DNA of 44,234 nucleotides from Bacilli bacterium (GTDB lineage: Bacteria > Bacillota_I > Bacilli_A > ML615J-28 > CAG-313). Positions within the stretch are counted from its first letter, which is position 1. Each line of letters begins with the position of its first letter. Location of the stretch: NCBI GenBank assembly GCA_045612145.1, contig JAZKYN010000113.1, positions 1 through 44,234 on the forward strand, read 5' to 3'. The notes below the pieces were generated by a model. The model saw only the letters and a list, made by a program, of their open reading frames with translations, did no database searches and had not been told where the DNA came from. Positions 18,665-28,635 of this stretch are shown here, piece by piece. The translations under genes were made by a program, and so were the position numbers.

Positions 18665-20878
18665 ATGATAAACGTAATAAAAAGAGACGGAAAAGTAGTA
18701 GAATTTAATAGTGATAAAATTAAAACAGCTATTAGTAAATCTGCTGCTAGAGTCAACGAAATGTCAGAATCAGACATTGATCGCATTACAGAAATTGTAG
18801 TGAATAAATGTGAAAGAGCTCCTGGTGATCGCATCGGAGTTGAAGAAATTCAAGATTTAGTAGAAGACACTTTACTAAAATCAAAATTTAACAGAACCGC
18901 AAAATCTTATATCCTATTCAGAGATATGAGAACTCGTAACAGAGATAATAAATCAAAATTATTAAAAGACATTGCAAAGAAATTAAACGGAACTAATATC
19001 GTTAATCAAAATGCAAACTTAGATGAAGCTTCATTTGGTGGTAGAAAAGGTGAAGCTGCAAATGAATTAATGAAGTGGTTTGCACTAAATAACTGTATGT
19101 CTAAGAAATCTAGAGATAATCATCTGAACAATGAAATCTATATCCATGACTTAGATTCATATTCACTTGGAATGCACAACTGTATGAGTATTCCTTTTGA
19201 TCATCTATTAGAGAAAGGCTTCAATACTAGACAAACAGATATCAGACCGGCATCCTCAATTAATACAGCATTCCAATTAGTAGCAGTAATTTTCCAATTA
19301 CAAAGCTTACAACAATTTGGTGGTGTATCAGCAACTCACTTAGACTGGACTATGGTTCCTTATGTAAGAAAGAGTTTCTACAAACATATGGAAGATGGAA
19401 TGAAGTTTATGTGGAAAGGTGATATTAGACCAGTGTTCGAAAAAGACTGGCCGATCGATCATCCAATCTATAAATCATTTAGTGACTGTGGAATCTATGA
19501 CTATGCAATGGAAATGACAGCTAGAGAGTTGAATCAAGCTGTAGAAGGAATGTACCATAACTTAAATACATTACAATCTCGTTCAGGAAACCAATTACCT
19601 TTCTCTAGTATTAACTATGGAACTTGTACTTCAATTGAAGGAAGAATGGTAATTAAAGCTTTACTAGAAGGTTGTATTAAAGGTGTAGGTAAACATCACC
19701 GCACTTCTATTTTCCCTTGTGGCATCTTCCAATATATGAAAGGTGTTAATGACAGACCAGGAACTCCTAACTACGATATGTATCAATTAGCACTTAAGTC
19801 TACAGCACAAAGACTTTATCCAAACTACGCTAATGTAGACTGGTCAGGTAACGCAGGATATGATCGTAATGATCCTAAAACATATTTTAGTACAATGGGA
19901 TGTAGAACTGCTAATGGATTTGACATTAATCATGATGAAGGAGTTAATCCACAAACTAAAGATGGTAGAGGAAACATCTGTCCGGTAACAATCATCATGC
20001 CTACACTTGCTATGGAAGCAGGTAGAGATGTAGATTGCTTCATGGCTTTACTAGATACTAAAATTCACGAAGCGAAAGATATGTTGATCGAAAGATTCGA
20101 ATACATCTGCACTCAGGATGCAGGTGCTGCGAAGTTTATGTATGAAAATAATGTAATGTTAGGATACAAACCGGAAGAAGGAATTCGTTCAGCGCTTAAA
20201 CATGGAACATTGGCATTAGGTCAACTTGGATTAGCAGAGACATTAGAGCTTTTAGTAGGATGCAATCATACTAAACCAGAAGGTATGGAATTAGCACATC
20301 GAATCGAAGCGTTATTTAAACAAAGAGTTGCAGAATTCAAGAACAAGTATAAATTAAACTTTGGTGTTTACTATACTCCAGCTGAATCGTTATGTCATAC
20401 AGCTATGAAGAAGTTCAAAGATAAGTATGGCGAAATTGAGAGAGTTTCAGATCGCGAGTATTTCACAAACAGTATGCATGTACCTGTATGGGAAGAAGTC
20501 GATATCTTTACTAAAATTGATATTGAATCAGAATTAACTGGATATTCATCTGCAGGTTGTATTACTTATGTAGAATTAGATAGTTCTGCTAAGTCAAACT
20601 TAGATGCTTTAGAAACTATTGTTAATTATGCAATGGATAAAGATATTCCATACTTCGCATTAAACTTAAGAAATGATACTTGTTTAGATTGTGGTTACAC
20701 AGAAGAATTCAATGATCGTTGTTTAGAATGTGGTTCTACTAATATCCAACAATTACGTAGAGTTACAGGATATTTAACTGGAAATTACACTACTGCGTTC
20801 AACTACGGTAAACAAAAAGAAGTAGAAGACCGAATTCAACACACAAAGTTAACAGAAGGTTGGAAATCTAATGATTAA
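18665..20878 (+). CDS. nrdD: Anaerobic (class III) ribonucleoside-triphosphate reductase with N-terminal ATP cone
   Basis: VIKRDG ATP cone, IYIHDLD, HNC, MGCRT, TPAES, CLDC/CLEC zinc site, RRVTGYL glycyl-radical loop. Confidence 0.97.
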   Translation: MINVIKRDGKVVEFNSDKIKTAISKSAARVNEMSESDIDRITEIVVNKCERAPGDRIGVEEIQDLVEDTLLKSKFNRTAKSYILFRDMRTRNRDNKSKLLKDIAKKLNGTNIVNQNANLDEASFGGRKGEAANELMKWFALNNCMSKKSRDNHLNNEIYIHDLDSYSLGMHNCMSIPFDHLLEKGFNTRQTDIRPASSINTAFQLVAVIFQLQSLQQFGGVSATHLDWTMVPYVRKSFYKHMEDGMKFMWKGDIRPVFEKDWPIDHPIYKSFSDCGIYDYAMEMTARELNQAVEGMYHNLNTLQSRSGNQLPFSSINYGTCTSIEGRMVIKALLEGCIKGVGKHHRTSIFPCGIFQYMKGVNDRPGTPNYDMYQLALKSTAQRLYPNYANVDWSGNAGYDRNDPKTYFSTMGCRTANGFDINHDEGVNPQTKDGRGNICPVTIIMPTLAMEAGRDVDCFMALLDTKIHEAKDMLIERFEYICTQDAGAAKFMYENNVMLGYKPEEGIRSALKHGTLALGQLGLAETLELLVGCNHTKPEGMELAHRIEALFKQRVAEFKNKYKLNFGVYYTPAESLCHTAMKKFKDKYGEIERVSDREYFTNSMHVPVWEEVDIFTKIDIESELTGYSSAGCITYVELDSSAKSNLDALETIVNYAMDKDIPYFALNLRNDTCLDCGYTEEFNDRCLECGSTNIQQLRRVTGYLTGNYTTAFNYGKQKEVEDRIQHTKLTEGWKSND

Positions 20879-21473
20879 TTTTATTAAGAAGTCAGTTCTC
20901 GCCGGATTACTTATCAGTCTGGCGGGCTGAATTAAATTAAGCTGCAGCGATCCGATCGTTGGGTCAATATTATTTAGTGTTGGACTAATTAGTGTATTTA
21001 TGACCGAATCTAAATTATTTACAGGAGCTGTCGGTAATGTAAATTCAAAACGATCTATTTTCGAATTATTCCCGATGTTGGGACTAAATTTAGTAATATC
21101 AATCTTAATTGGATTATGTTATCAAGAAGTCTGCGGAACTTCAGATATATTTACTGAAAAAATGAAATTAGATCAACTTCAAATTTTACCAACTTTATTT
21201 AAAGGAGTCGGTTGTGGTGCACTAATATATTTGGCAGTAATGTTCTGAAAAACTGAAAAACAAATTCATCAGATCATTCCGGTAATATTATGTGTTGCAG
21301 GATTCATATTAGGTGGATTTGAACACAGTATTGCTTGTGCATTTTATTTAGGATCAAGCGTAACTACTGTAACAGAATTCTTTACTGGATTATTATATAT
21401 ACTAATAGTGGCAGTCGGGAATGCGATCGGCAGTTTAACTATTAGAGGTTTGTGGAAGGGGTTGATTAAATAA
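20871..21473 (+). CDS. Formate/nitrite transporter (FNT, FocA-like) channel, 200 aa (TGA=Trp at 20928 and 21246)
   Basis: SVLAGLLISLAG, GSILFSVGL, KLFTG, KGVGCGALIYLAV, FILGGFEHSIA, VAVGNAIG are the FNT signature segments; about six hydrophobic helices; overlaps the nrdD stop and the nrdG start. Confidence 0.88.
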
Positions 21474-21988
21474 TGAATTATTTAAGTCTAAATAAATCAG
21501 ACATCACAAACGGTCCTGGAGTTAGAGTATCTTTATTTGTGTCAGGTTGCACACACAGATGTAAAGGTTGTCATAATCCGGATGGGTGATCGTTCGACAA
21601 TGGTACTAAATTTAGTCAGTTTACTGTAGCAGAGATCCTCGATGCATTAGCGAAACCTCACATCAAAGGTTTAAGTCTGCTAGGAGGAGAGTGTTACGAT
21701 CAACCGGATTTATACTGATTAGTGAATTTAGTAAGATTGGCGAAAGAACATTATCCAACCAAAGACATTTGGGTGTGAACAGGGTATGAATTCGAACAAA
21801 TTAAAACTTCTCCACTAACTAGATATATTGATGTTGCAGTAACTGGAAGATTCATCTTAGAACAAAGAGACATCAGTGATAATAATAGATGAAGAGGATC
21901 TACGAATCAGAAGGTGATCGATGTTCAGTCCTCACTAAATAGTGGAAGAGCAGTCGCAGTAAGTGGCATCCCGAACAATGAGGTGTAA
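21473..21988 (+). CDS. nrdG: Anaerobic RNR activating radical-SAM protein, 171 aa (TGA=Trp at 21587, 21716, 21776, 21890)
   Basis: NGPGVRVSLFVSGCTHRCKGCHNPDG(W)SF, GLSLLGGE, KDIWV(W)TGY, (W)RGSTNQ; missed by the ORF track. Confidence 0.95.
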
Positions 21989-21990
21989 TT

Positions 21991-22269
21991 ATGATTAGAA
22001 ATAAATTGTATGATGAATTAGAAAAAGAAGGATATTCTTTTGATAGAATTATTATCGCACCAAAACAGTCGATACCAAAAATCTATAGTTTGACAGATCC
22101 TGAAGACTGAGCGATGGTAAACGTAACAATGCAGATCAACGGTCAGTATCAAGTGGAACGTGGTGCGAATACTACACAACGAACTATTGAACTTTTACAA
22201 AAGATATTAGATGAAGTTTTTAAACCTGACTATTATGATTATATATCCAAAGCATTAGTAGAAAACTAA
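21991..22269 (+). CDS. Hypothetical protein, 92 aa (TGA=Trp at 22108)
   Basis: GAGGTG RBS; open frame with readthrough. Confidence 0.7.
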
Positions 22270-22286
22270 ATGCTAAATTAATTGCT

Positions 22287-22628
22287 ATGAAGACTTATGT
22301 AATTTGTTGAGAAAATATTAATTATCCAAAAGAAGGTGAAGAACTAGACACTACTTTTAGTGTGATAAAAAGATCGTTTGGATCCAAAATGGCAGCATTT
22401 GAATATTTAAAAACTGAAGAGATTCCGATTGCACTAGAACAACTTAAAGTGGAATACAGTGATGTGATCGGTATGTCGGAAGAAGAATTAAGTATTGAGA
22501 GTGGAGTTTATTATGAGGATAAATTTCTACAGGCGGAAATAAATGTGTATTTCAACGAAGAATTAGTAGAGTCTATCGGATATAAAATAGTTGAAACTGA
22601 ATTACAAATGGCGACGTTAATTAATTAA
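22287..22628 (+). CDS. Hypothetical protein, 113 aa (TGA=Trp at 22308)
   Basis: In frame with track ORF 22362; ATG 7 nt after GCTAAATT with no RBS (possibly leaderless). Confidence 0.65.
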
Positions 22629-22708
22629 AAATTACGTCGTTTTTTATTTTACTTTATTTTATTTATATGATATAATTATATTGTAATTAAGTTAGGGGGA
22701 AGTTGAAT

Positions 22709-23029
22709 ATGAAAAAAACTAATTATATTGTTGCTGCTCATTATAATGGGGAAAATTATTTAGAAGATTGTTGTTTATTAGGTTGGAATAGTAGAGAAGA
22801 TTGGATTGATACTGATTATTATGGGGATGATATTACAACACCTGCTGGAAATATTAAAAATAATAAATATGGATTAATTAAAGTTTCAACTCACACATCT
22901 GTTTATGTTGGTGAAACTTATGAAAACTGTAAAACTTATTGTGATATGGGAAATCGTGAAGGTTTAGATTGTAGAGTTTGTAAAATTGAAAAAGATTCTA
23001 ATAATAATTTAATTGTAATTCCTGTTTAA
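22709..23029 (+). CDS. Hypothetical early protein
   Basis: Promoter, AGGGGG RBS. Confidence 0.8.
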   Translation: MKKTNYIVAAHYNGENYLEDCCLLGWNSREDWIDTDYYGDDITTPAGNIKNNKYGLIKVSTHTSVYVGETYENCKTYCDMGNREGLDCRVCKIEKDSNNNLIVIPV

Positions 23030-23106
23030 AGTACGTCAGTTTAATATTTACCAAAAGTATCTAATATGATATAATAATAATGTAAGAAACATTGGAGGAA
23101 ATTAAA

Positions 23107-23304
23107 ATGAAAAAATATGAAATTATGTTTAAAAATGGAAAGATTGAAATCTGGAACAGTAGTGATACAGAAGATTTAATTTATGAATTAGAATCTTTTG
23201 AAAGAGACGATGTCAATATGATTGATGAAATCGACGAAACTGGAGAATTTATCAGAAGAATCTGGACTGAAGAAGAAGGATTATTTGTTGGTTTAGATCT
23301 TTAA
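23107..23304 (+). CDS. Small acidic early protein
   Basis: Promoter, GGAGG RBS. Confidence 0.8.
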   Translation: MKKYEIMFKNGKIEIWNSSDTEDLIYELESFERDDVNMIDEIDETGEFIRRIWTEEEGLFVGLDL

Positions 23305-23321
23305 AAGGAAGGAAACTAATT

Positions 23322-23597
23322 ATGAGTACTAGTAATCAATTTGTTTGGAACTTTGAAGAAGGAACATTAAATAAGTTTACTTATCTACAAGAAGATGGTA
23401 GATTCGATGATATTGCGGATGAGATTCTAAGTAATACTAATTTAAGTACAGTATTTGTTGATGAAGTTCGAGGTATTATGTCAGACTATGATTATAATGA
23501 AGATAAGTTTAATGATGATGTCTTAATTGCGATTAGAATTATTAATGACAGATACGAATTAATTAAAGAAGAGAATGAAGAAGACACGTCAATCTAA
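23322..23597 (+). CDS. Acidic hypothetical protein
   Basis: RBS-like AGGAAGG, ORF. Confidence 0.75.
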   Translation: MSTSNQFVWNFEEGTLNKFTYLQEDGRFDDIADEILSNTNLSTVFVDEVRGIMSDYDYNEDKFNDDVLIAIRIINDRYELIKEENEEDTSI

Positions 23598-23653
23598 TGT
23601 GTCTTTTTATTTTATAATATGTTATAATTATATTGTAAGTGAGGAACAGAAAT

Positions 23654-23884
23654 ATGAAGAAAAGAACTAAGTTAAATTATGAAGAGTTAAATAAAAGAGT
23701 TAATGAAGTCTTTGATATGAACGAAGGAGAAAAATGTTATGGTTTGTTTGTTGAAGACAACGGAACTGTAAGAGTTTGTTTAGAAGACAGTGAATTAAAC
23801 GTATTTGACTATTTACCAAATATGACAGAAAGACCTGAAGCACTACAATATTTAATGGGTGAAAGAGATTCATTTTCAGATTAA
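23654..23884 (+). CDS. Hypothetical early protein
   Basis: Promoter, GAGG RBS. Confidence 0.75.
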   Translation: MKKRTKLNYEELNKRVNEVFDMNEGEKCYGLFVEDNGTVRVCLEDSELNVFDYLPNMTERPEALQYLMGERDSFSD

Positions 23885-23897
23885 GGAGGAAATAATT

Positions 23898-24059
23898 ATG
23901 TTTACAGATGTTGAAATTGAAATTTTAGACAATATAGTTTATATTGCAAATGACGGAAGTAGTGGTTGTAAATATAAGTTTAACAGTAAAGAAGAACTTA
24001 AAGAATATATTAACAACTATATGTCAGACTTAGTAGATTATTTATTGGAGGACAAATAA
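23898..24059 (+). CDS. Small hypothetical protein
   Basis: AAGGAGG RBS favours ATG 23898. Confidence 0.75.
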   Translation: MFTDVEIEILDNIVYIANDGSSGCKYKFNSKEELKEYINNYMSDLVDYLLEDK

Positions 24060-24060
24060 A

Positions 24061-24258
24061 ATGACTAAACAAGAATTAAACACATTAAGTGAATTACTAA
24101 TCAAATTACAAAATGAAAGATTACAAGAATATCGTGACGAAGGTTATGATATTGACGGTATGGACGAAGAAGGTATTATGGAATTAGATGATGGAGATAA
24201 TTTAATTCAAGGAATCGATACTGTATTTTGTGTAGTTCAAAGAATTAGGGGGAACTAA
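24061..24258 (+). CDS. Small acidic protein
   Basis: GGAGG RBS; tightly coupled to neighbours. Confidence 0.75.
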   Translation: MTKQELNTLSELLIKLQNERLQEYRDEGYDIDGMDEEGIMELDDGDNLIQGIDTVFCVVQRIRGN

Positions 24259-24259
24259 T

Positions 24260-24505
24260 ATGACAATTAAATTGAGTGGAAATAAAAAAGAAATTAATAC
24301 AAAACATTATTTTTTAATTGAAAAGACTTTCAGTGAACGTAGTTCAGGTTATGTAAAGATTTGTGAATCTTACGATGAAGCAGTTGAACAAGTACCAAAT
24401 TACGCAGACTGGTGGTGTAATAATGGAACTTGTACTGTAGTAGAAGTAGACAGTAATTTTAGAGAAGTTAATAAGTGGAGGTTTTGGAATGGCGAACTTA
24501 GATAA
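24260..24505 (+). CDS. Hypothetical protein
   Basis: AGGGGG RBS; coupled. Confidence 0.75.
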   Translation: MTIKLSGNKKEINTKHYFLIEKTFSERSSGYVKICESYDEAVEQVPNYADWWCNNGTCTVVEVDSNFREVNKWRFWNGELR

Positions 24506-24746
24506 AAAGATGTATGTAATTAAATTTAATAATGGTTTATATTGGTGTGGTTATAATACATCAGATAAACAACTTAGAAAAGCAAAAATCTATACTTCAA
24601 TTAAGTATGCTAGAGAAGTAGGGTTAGACTGTATTAGTAGAAAACAGTATGTCAGACCGTATGACTTTATGACGAAAACGGACGGATTTCAAATTATTGA
24701 AGTAGAATTAAAAGAAAAAGAAACGGTTGAAAGTACGTCAATTTAA
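24489..24746 (+). CDS. Hypothetical protein
   Basis: GGAGG RBS inside the previous gene. Confidence 0.75.
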   Translation: MANLDKKMYVIKFNNGLYWCGYNTSDKQLRKAKIYTSIKYAREVGLDCISRKQYVRPYDFMTKTDGFQIIEVELKEKETVESTSI

Positions 24747-24806
24747 TTTTTACAACTATAATTAAATATGGTATAATATAACTGTAGTTAAACAGGAGGA
24801 ACTAAT

Positions 24807-24983
24807 ATGTATTATGTTTATTTAGATTCACCGTACGGAACAGAATTAATCGGAAAGTCTACTGACAAATCTGTTGCAGAAAAAATTAAATCTGAACAAG
24901 ACTCTAAATGGGAAGTTGGATTTATGTGGAATACTAGAATAACTGAAAAGGAAGATCTAAGAGAAGTTAGTTATTATGACTAA
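24807..24983 (+). CDS. Small hypothetical protein, 58 aa
   Basis: Promoter, AGGAGG RBS; below the track cutoff. Confidence 0.75.
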   Translation: MYYVYLDSPYGTELIGKSTDKSVAEKIKSEQDSKWEVGFMWNTRITEKEDLREVSYYD

Positions 24984-25001
24984 AAAATGAGGCAAATGTG
25001 T

Positions 25002-25460
25002 ATGACTGAAAAGGAACTTATTGAAAAAAGAATTAATGAACTTTATGAAACTGTGGCAAAAGCAGATTATTCTGATATTGGTTATTTAGTAAGTTATGGA
25101 AAATCTGGTAAAGGTCGAAAGATTGAGATTGTCCCAACTGCGACAGATAAAGTTCATCCTAATTTTTATATTATAAAACAACTAGATGAAACATTAAGTT
25201 GTTTAAACTTAAGAGTTGTTATAACACACAGGAGTAATAATTGGTGTCCATACATTGAACTAATTATTATGGTAGATGGTAAAGACTATCACAATTATAC
25301 AGATGCTGGTGACTTAGTTGTAAAAGAACTTAAAAGATATATGAGTATTGAATCAGACGAATTATTTAAACATATTAAAAATCTTGATACAGTTTCTTGT
25401 GCAAGAACTAAAGTTGCTCTTAGTCACGCATGTGCAACATTTAATATCTATATTTGTTAA
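25002..25460 (+). CDS. Hypothetical protein
   Basis: GAGG RBS, ORF. Confidence 0.75.
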   Translation: MTEKELIEKRINELYETVAKADYSDIGYLVSYGKSGKGRKIEIVPTATDKVHPNFYIIKQLDETLSCLNLRVVITHRSNNWCPYIELIIMVDGKDYHNYTDAGDLVVKELKRYMSIESDELFKHIKNLDTVSCARTKVALSHACATFNIYIC

Positions 25461-25544
25461 ACTAAAACACGTCAATTTAAACTTTACTTTAATTGAAAAA
25501 TATTATATAATAAGAATGTAAGAAATAAACAGGAGGAAATTATT

Positions 25545-25847
25545 ATGTCAAGAACTTATGCAACATTAACTGGAGGAAGAAGTACATTAACACAAAGAGG
25601 ACATGGTGACGGAGTTAGAGTCAGTTGTCAAAGTTGGGATGGAAGTGTAATTGTTAGTAATCGTTATGACTGTGACGATAAATTAGAACTAAGAATTGGT
25701 ACTAATGAAGGATCTGGAACTTATACAGACTGGAAATCAAATGACTTCGTCGGAACATTTGAAGAGTTTAAAGAATTACTAAAACTTCATCAAGATATTA
25801 AATCAGGTAGAGTTTCAGTTGTAAGACACAGAATTAAAAAACAATAA
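25545..25847 (+). CDS. Hypothetical early protein
   Basis: Promoter, AGGAGG RBS. Confidence 0.8.
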   Translation: MSRTYATLTGGRSTLTQRGHGDGVRVSCQSWDGSVIVSNRYDCDDKLELRIGTNEGSGTYTDWKSNDFVGTFEEFKELLKLHQDIKSGRVSVVRHRIKKQ

Positions 25848-25921
25848 GTCGAAATCACGTCAATTTCGACTTTACTTATTTCTTAAATTATTATATAATA
25901 TAAATGTGTGGAGGTTAGACT

Positions 25922-26254
25922 ATGAGATGTATTATTCCTAATAAAGTTAGATTTGTAAATGATTTAAATAAGGTAATTCCAACTTATAAAACTGGAATTG
26001 AAAAAATTGAATATAGAGTTTTTAAAAGTAATTCTGGTTATTATCAAGAATATCTAGTTGTGACTTACGACGGGGGAGCAATCGGTGTTAGAAATTGTAA
26101 TGGAAATTCTTTTACTTCAGTATTTGAAGAACTAACTAAAATGTTAGACGGTGGTTATTATGACGAAGTTCAAGATTTAAGAGACTTTGAAACTTACCCA
26201 AATTGGATTGAAGTGACTTTAGAACAATTAGATGAAGATTATCAAAATAGATAG
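25922..26254 (+). CDS. Hypothetical early protein
   Basis: Promoter, GGAGG RBS. Confidence 0.8.
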   Translation: MRCIIPNKVRFVNDLNKVIPTYKTGIEKIEYRVFKSNSGYYQEYLVVTYDGGAIGVRNCNGNSFTSVFEELTKMLDGGYYDEVQDLRDFETYPNWIEVTLEQLDEDYQNR

Positions 26255-26341
26255 TCTTCCAAAACACGTCAATTTAGATTTTACTTATTTGCTAAATTAT
26301 TGTATAATATTAATGTAAGGTAAATAAAGGAGAAAATATTT

Positions 26342-26581
26342 ATGGAACAACAAATAGATAGAAGAGACTTTAAAATGTATTGTAGAGAAGTCAGTAATGA
26401 TGGAAGTGAATTTGAATTAGTTTTCGAAGTAGATGGAAAAGTAGTAGATAAACAAACTGAATTCTGTTTTCAAAATATTTTAATTGAAAGTGAAGATTTT
26501 CTAACTAGAAATTGTGAAAAGTATGATTATGATTCTAGATATGATAGTTTCGAAATTAATTTAAATTATATTTTTTCATAA
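26342..26581 (+). CDS. Hypothetical early protein (paralog of 29037..29252)
   Basis: Promoter, AGGAG RBS; shared C..NILIE..EF/DF..R..EKY.YD/FD.RYD/RFD pattern. Confidence 0.8.
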   Translation: MEQQIDRRDFKMYCREVSNDGSEFELVFEVDGKVVDKQTEFCFQNILIESEDFLTRNCEKYDYDSRYDSFEINLNYIFS

Positions 26582-26695
26582 GATAAAAGAAAGTAAGATT
26601 GATTAAGTTCAATCTTTTTTTATTACGTCAATATCACTTTTACAAATAATTAAAAATATGATATAATATACTTGCAAATAAGGGAGGAAAGTATT

Positions 26696-27067
26696 ATGAA
26701 TAATCAAACTACTATACAACACGAATTAGATTTATTAAAAGCTAAATATCCTAATTGGGACTTTGAAGCAACTTTTACAAAAAAACATTCTAAAAAAGAT
26801 GTCGAAACTTTAATTAGAGAATTAAAACAAACTTATCCTAATTTCAAGATTTCAAAAGAAAGAACAAACTTCGGACTAAATACAATTATCATTAATATTA
26901 AGACAGATGAAGATATTGCTTACTATCATAATGATAATGTCGGATATGTTCATTTAAATTCAGTTTACAACACTTTAACTGATATAATTGAAGATACTTT
27001 AGTAAATGCAAAAGTATTTAGTTATATTGACGGAATTAGAAAATGTAGTTTTGAAATTAGATTATAA
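26696..27067 (+). CDS. Hypothetical early protein with an internal LK..YPN repeat
   Basis: Promoter, GGAGG RBS; LKAKYPNW / LKQTYPNF. Confidence 0.8.
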   Translation: MNNQTTIQHELDLLKAKYPNWDFEATFTKKHSKKDVETLIRELKQTYPNFKISKERTNFGLNTIIINIKTDEDIAYYHNDNVGYVHLNSVYNTLTDIIEDTLVNAKVFSYIDGIRKCSFEIRL

Positions 27068-27156
27068 TTTTTCAAAACACGTCAATTTAGATTTTACTTT
27101 TAACTCAAATCAGTATATAATATAAATGTAAATAAAAAAGAGAGGAAATTAAAACT

Positions 27157-27366
27157 ATGGAAAACATTCAATTCGTAAAAGTCAATTCATCAAACGTTCA
27201 AGAAATCGGTCACGACGGAACTAACTTATATGTTAAATATAAGTCAGGAACTTATGTCTATGAAAATGTAGACAAATCAATTTATGAAGGTTTATTAAGT
27301 TCGGACTCTAAAGGAAAGTTTATGAACGAAAACATTAAAGGTAGATACAACTACTCAAGAGTTTAG
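27157..27366 (+). CDS. KTSC domain protein
   Basis: VNSSNVQEIGHD...LYVKYKSG.YVYENV...YEGLLSSDSKGKFMNENIKGRY matches the KTSC pattern. Confidence 0.88.
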   Translation: MENIQFVKVNSSNVQEIGHDGTNLYVKYKSGTYVYENVDKSIYEGLLSSDSKGKFMNENIKGRYNYSRV

Positions 27367-27464
27367 GTCTTCGAAAGAAGATCTTTTTTTACGTCAGTTT
27401 TTATTTTACATTTATATTAAAAAATGATATAATTATAATGTAAGAAAGAACGGGGGAAACTATT

Positions 27465-27914
27465 ATGAAAAAAGTATTTATTAATTACACTGATTATTCA
27501 AACGGAGAATGGATTGATATTCACTACATTGGAACAGACATTAAAGAGTCTATTGAAAAGTTTAAAGAGAACTTAAAACAAAGTTTATCTAGTGGACCGG
27601 ATGATCAACACACATTTTATTTAGTTGAAGTAAACTTAAAAAATAAAGATTATGATAGATTATTACAAGTAAAACAAAATGAGTCATTATATGATTCTAA
27701 TATTATTGAAGAGTTTGAAAGTAATTATAAGTTTAAAACTATTTGTTGGGATGATCATTCTGGAAACTTAGAAATTATTAGAATGTATTGTGAAGATAAT
27801 AATTTAGATTATGATGACGATGATATTTATCAAGATGTATGTGACTTACTTTGGAATGAAAATGACGAATTATATAATATCTATATCGACAAATATATTA
27901 AGAAAACATTTTAA
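27465..27914 (+). CDS. Acidic hypothetical early protein
   Basis: Promoter, GGGGG RBS. Confidence 0.8.
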   Translation: MKKVFINYTDYSNGEWIDIHYIGTDIKESIEKFKENLKQSLSSGPDDQHTFYLVEVNLKNKDYDRLLQVKQNESLYDSNIIEEFESNYKFKTICWDDHSGNLEIIRMYCEDNNLDYDDDDIYQDVCDLLWNENDELYNIYIDKYIKKTF

Positions 27915-27940
27915 GACTAGTTAATTCTAGTCTTTTTTTT
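27914..27940 (+). terminator. Intrinsic terminator
   Basis: AGACTAG-TTAATT-CTAGTCT followed by a T-run. Confidence 0.8.
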
Positions 27941-27959
27941 ATTTACTTTTTTGGATAAT

Positions 27960-28078
27960 GAATCGAATCGATTCGGGATGGGGGGGTGGAAGTACTTCAC
28001 ACTAAATTTAGTATGGAATAGTTCGGATTCAGATCGATTCGTGATCAACGAAAACGATCTGTTTTGGACGGTCGGATA
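27960..28078. repeat. GATC/GAWTC-rich intergenic block 1 with ACTAAATTTAGT palindrome
   Basis: Palindrome 28001-28012, GGATGGGGGGG, three GATC and five GAWTC; related to the blocks at 32045 and 34000. Confidence 0.7.
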
Positions 28079-28150
28079 GTACGTCGACTATTGATGTACT
28101 TTTTTCTGTTTTTGTAGTATAATATATTTGTCAATCAAGGGGGAAAACTT

Positions 28151-28534
28151 ATGTCAAACAATATTTCTTATTCAACACATTCTTATAACATTCAAAACTT
28201 AACTCAAATTAAACTATCAACTTTAAACTCAACTTTTTCTAATCAAATTAATTACTTATTAAACTTCTACAAATCACACAAAATTAAACATTTAAACTTA
28301 TCAACTTCTTATCAAATTACTCTAACACTTTTAAACTCTTCTAATCTTGACTTATTAAAACTTATTTCATTATTAACTTATTTAAACTTTAATAATATTA
28401 CAAATCCAACTAACCTAACTTCATTAATTAATCAACTTCAATTTACACCAAACTCACAATTAATTCTAATTGATTCTATTTCTGAAATTGGAGAAATTAT
28501 TGAAACTAATTATTATTTTAAAACTTTAGATTAA
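28151..28534 (+). CDS. N/L/S/T/I-rich protein encoded by an almost G-free sequence
   Basis: Promoter, AGGGGG RBS, terminator; C-terminus aligns with the 23107 protein. Confidence 0.65.
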   Translation: MSNNISYSTHSYNIQNLTQIKLSTLNSTFSNQINYLLNFYKSHKIKHLNLSTSYQITLTLLNSSNLDLLKLISLLTYLNFNNITNPTNLTSLINQLQFTPNSQLILIDSISEIGEIIETNYYFKTLD

Positions 28535-28635
28535 TTTCTAAAGTTTTTTTATTACTTAAGTACGTCAGAAGTTGATTTACTTCTTTACTAAAATGTAGTA
28601 TAATATATTTGAAAAAAATAAAGGAGAAAACAATT

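Noticed and set aside
21473-21988. TGA as selenocysteine or glycine (code 25)
   Set aside because: The aligned conserved residues are Trp, and the CxxxCxxC cysteines use normal codons
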